Source: Mobula hypostoma
Lineage: Eukaryota
DNA: 64,000 bases
NCBI RefSeq assembly: GCF_963921235.1
Contig: NC_086108.1
Span: 75,580,001 to 75,644,000, forward strand
Reading direction: 5' to 3'
Shown: positions 61,751 through 64,000 of the stretch, piece after piece
Layout: every line of letters starts with the position of its first letter
Position numbering within the stretch: the stretch's first letter is position 1
Notes under the pieces: generated by a model
The model's input: the letters and a program-made list of their open reading frames with translations, nothing else
The model's database searches: none
What the model was told of the DNA's origin: nothing
Program-made: the position numbers and the translations under genes

Positions 61751-64000
61751 TTTACAGAGAATAAAACGAACAGAAATACCATAAATATTTTTTCTTTATG
61801 TTTAAAACATTCAAACATTCTCCTGATGGAATGCCCACACCGCACTCACAAAATTAACTTCTCAGTTGTTTTCAAGGACTTGGTATTCTGTTAAAAACTC
61901 AGTTACACATTACTCAATAAGACTGAACATTTTAATGGTTTTTAAAAGCGGAAGTTGTTTATTTCAAACCAATGGATGTATTAATTATGTTTTCAAAGAC
62001 TGAAATGTCAAAATGTGCAAGAGCAATGCATCACTGATAATATCTGTACTTCCATGTTCAACTGTGCACATGTAGACAAGAATATGAAAGGATTCTGCAG
62101 TTGTATGTAAATCACCAGGCTTGGCAAGAATAGAGCCTGGGCTGTTAAGGGAAGGAGGAAATCGCAGTTTCTGGCTTTTGTTTTCCAATTATTTCTGGCC
62201 ACAAAGAAAAGCAGATTAGTTGAAGATTATGACCAATTTACTGATGTTTAAAAAGGATAAGAGAGATAATAATTGCAAGCTTTGGTGGAGGTCAGATTTC
62301 TGGGGAACAATATATATTATTAGTTAGAAAGATGCTGATTAATCATTGAGTTTCAGCAAGGGAAGATTGCATTACTGGAGTCACAGAATGACATAGCACT
62401 TTGGCCCTCCTGATCTGTCATCTAGACCCATTTACGATAACCCCATTAGATGTTCCCCACATTCTCATCAACTCCAAATCCCTAGATTATAATTCTGACC
62501 TATTCACTAGGGGCAACTTAAAATTGTCAATTTGTATCTTCTAACCAGCACCTGAATATGATGCAGGAGGGAAATGGATCATTGGGAGAATTTGAAAACT
62601 CCACTCAAATGTATCCAATGCAAGCATTGAACTAAGGACACCAAAGCCATGAGGCAACATACCTGCTGGCTTTGATAACACTCCAGAGGGTTATAGTCAA
62701 TGAGTGTTTTGAGACTCATGTGCTACCTAGGTCCCTTCCTTTTTATGCTACACACAGATGCCTTAGACCACCATGTAAATTTTGCAAATAACATAAAAAC
62801 TGTGTGGTTAGCATAGAATAGTGAGAAGAGTGGTTATGAGAAAAAAGTTGGTAGACTGCAGAAAGATATCAGTAAGGGCAGAAAACAGAATTCATAGCAG
62901 AGGAGCTTAAGGAATTACTTACTTTCCCAAAATGTAAGACAAAACAAACATATTTCATGGCAAGATAAAGACAAGATGCAAATCCACAAATCTCTAATGG
63001 GAGCTAGCATATGGGAATCCTTATTTTCTGGGGAGCAGGGGACAAAGATAGGATTTTTATTTTAGGGTTGTTAGTAATTCTACCATAAATAGACCACAGA
63101 TAGACTGTCGTGTACAGTTCTGGTCTCTAACTTAGACGAACTGTATTAGACTGCGTAAAGAATATATTTACAAGGGTGTAACAATCCAAGAGATCAATAG
63201 TTTTTCCTTGGAACAAAACAGGCTGAAAGAATTGATATAATATGTTAAGGGCCTAGACAAAATAGATTGGAAGGTCCTACTTCTCTAGCAGACAGTTCAA
63301 TGACCAGATAACAGAGATATCTGGAAATTGGGAAAAGAATTAGAGAATTGTTATGGGGTTTGGATATTGCTAACACTAAATATCCTCTAAGTGAATATGC
63401 AGTATATTTGCAATGGAGGGCAGCAAAGCATTGGAGAAAGGACGTTTTCAAAGTCGATCGAACCTTAGTCAGAATCCAAGAACATTTTTCAGAAATCTGT
63501 CATGTGTTTGTTTTACTTGGTGGAACAAAGTGGAAAGAACAAAACAGTTAACCACAATTTCACAATAATTATTGTCCCGAATGCCTCCCACAGCAAAGTC
63601 TTTAATCTAACCAAACTGCAGAGTTCTCAGCTTAGATCATCTTCAGTCATGTGGTGAACTTCACTGGTTTCCAGGTCACAACACACATCCATTTATTTCA
63701 CAACTTGGAAACTCTCCATAAATGTTGCATAAAGTTTGTTATATAACAGTACCATCTAGTGCAAGTGCAGAGAATTGCATCTCAAGAAGCTGTCACCAAG
63801 GAGTTTTATCAAAACATTTTATTCACATATGATAAAGTAGTACAGAATATAATGCTTAACCAGTGAAAATATGTCAGAATCAAATCAAAATTGAGGCATA
63901 AAGTTATGGATTAAAATCCCTCATCACAAAAAATGCCTCATCCCAATTATTCACTTTCTATATCAATGATTTAGCTGAGTGAAACAAATACCTACTTTTA

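Overview
Vertebrate genomic DNA that is CpG-depleted and dominated by repeats. The repeat families suggest a cartilaginous fish, probably a ray (inference). No host protein-coding exon can be assigned confidently, and every long ORF is transposon-derived. Content: many nested CR1 and Rex1/Babar LINE pieces; a Tf1/sushi-type Gypsy LTR element (5191-8539, TSD ATGGA) with a self-priming PBS; a near full-length Vingi/Ingi-like LINE (25240-28932); RTE and Nimb fragments; Penelope-like (GIY-YIG) fragments; tRNA SINEs; a hAT derivative; and a Harbinger fossil. The most notable signals are two catalytic-RNA motifs. One is an HDV-like ribozyme at the Vingi 5' end (25293-25354), preceded by its own inverted copy. 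The other is about a dozen minimal hammerhead motifs in Penelope-derived repeats, several in short fold-back insertions with TSDs. A strong minus-strand 3' splice site with a 4-nt candidate microexon (51940-51943) and a CpG-rich ETS/CRE element (~40010-40260) hint at an unidentified host gene. Boundaries of degenerate repeats are approximate, and family names come from motif recognition, not database searches.
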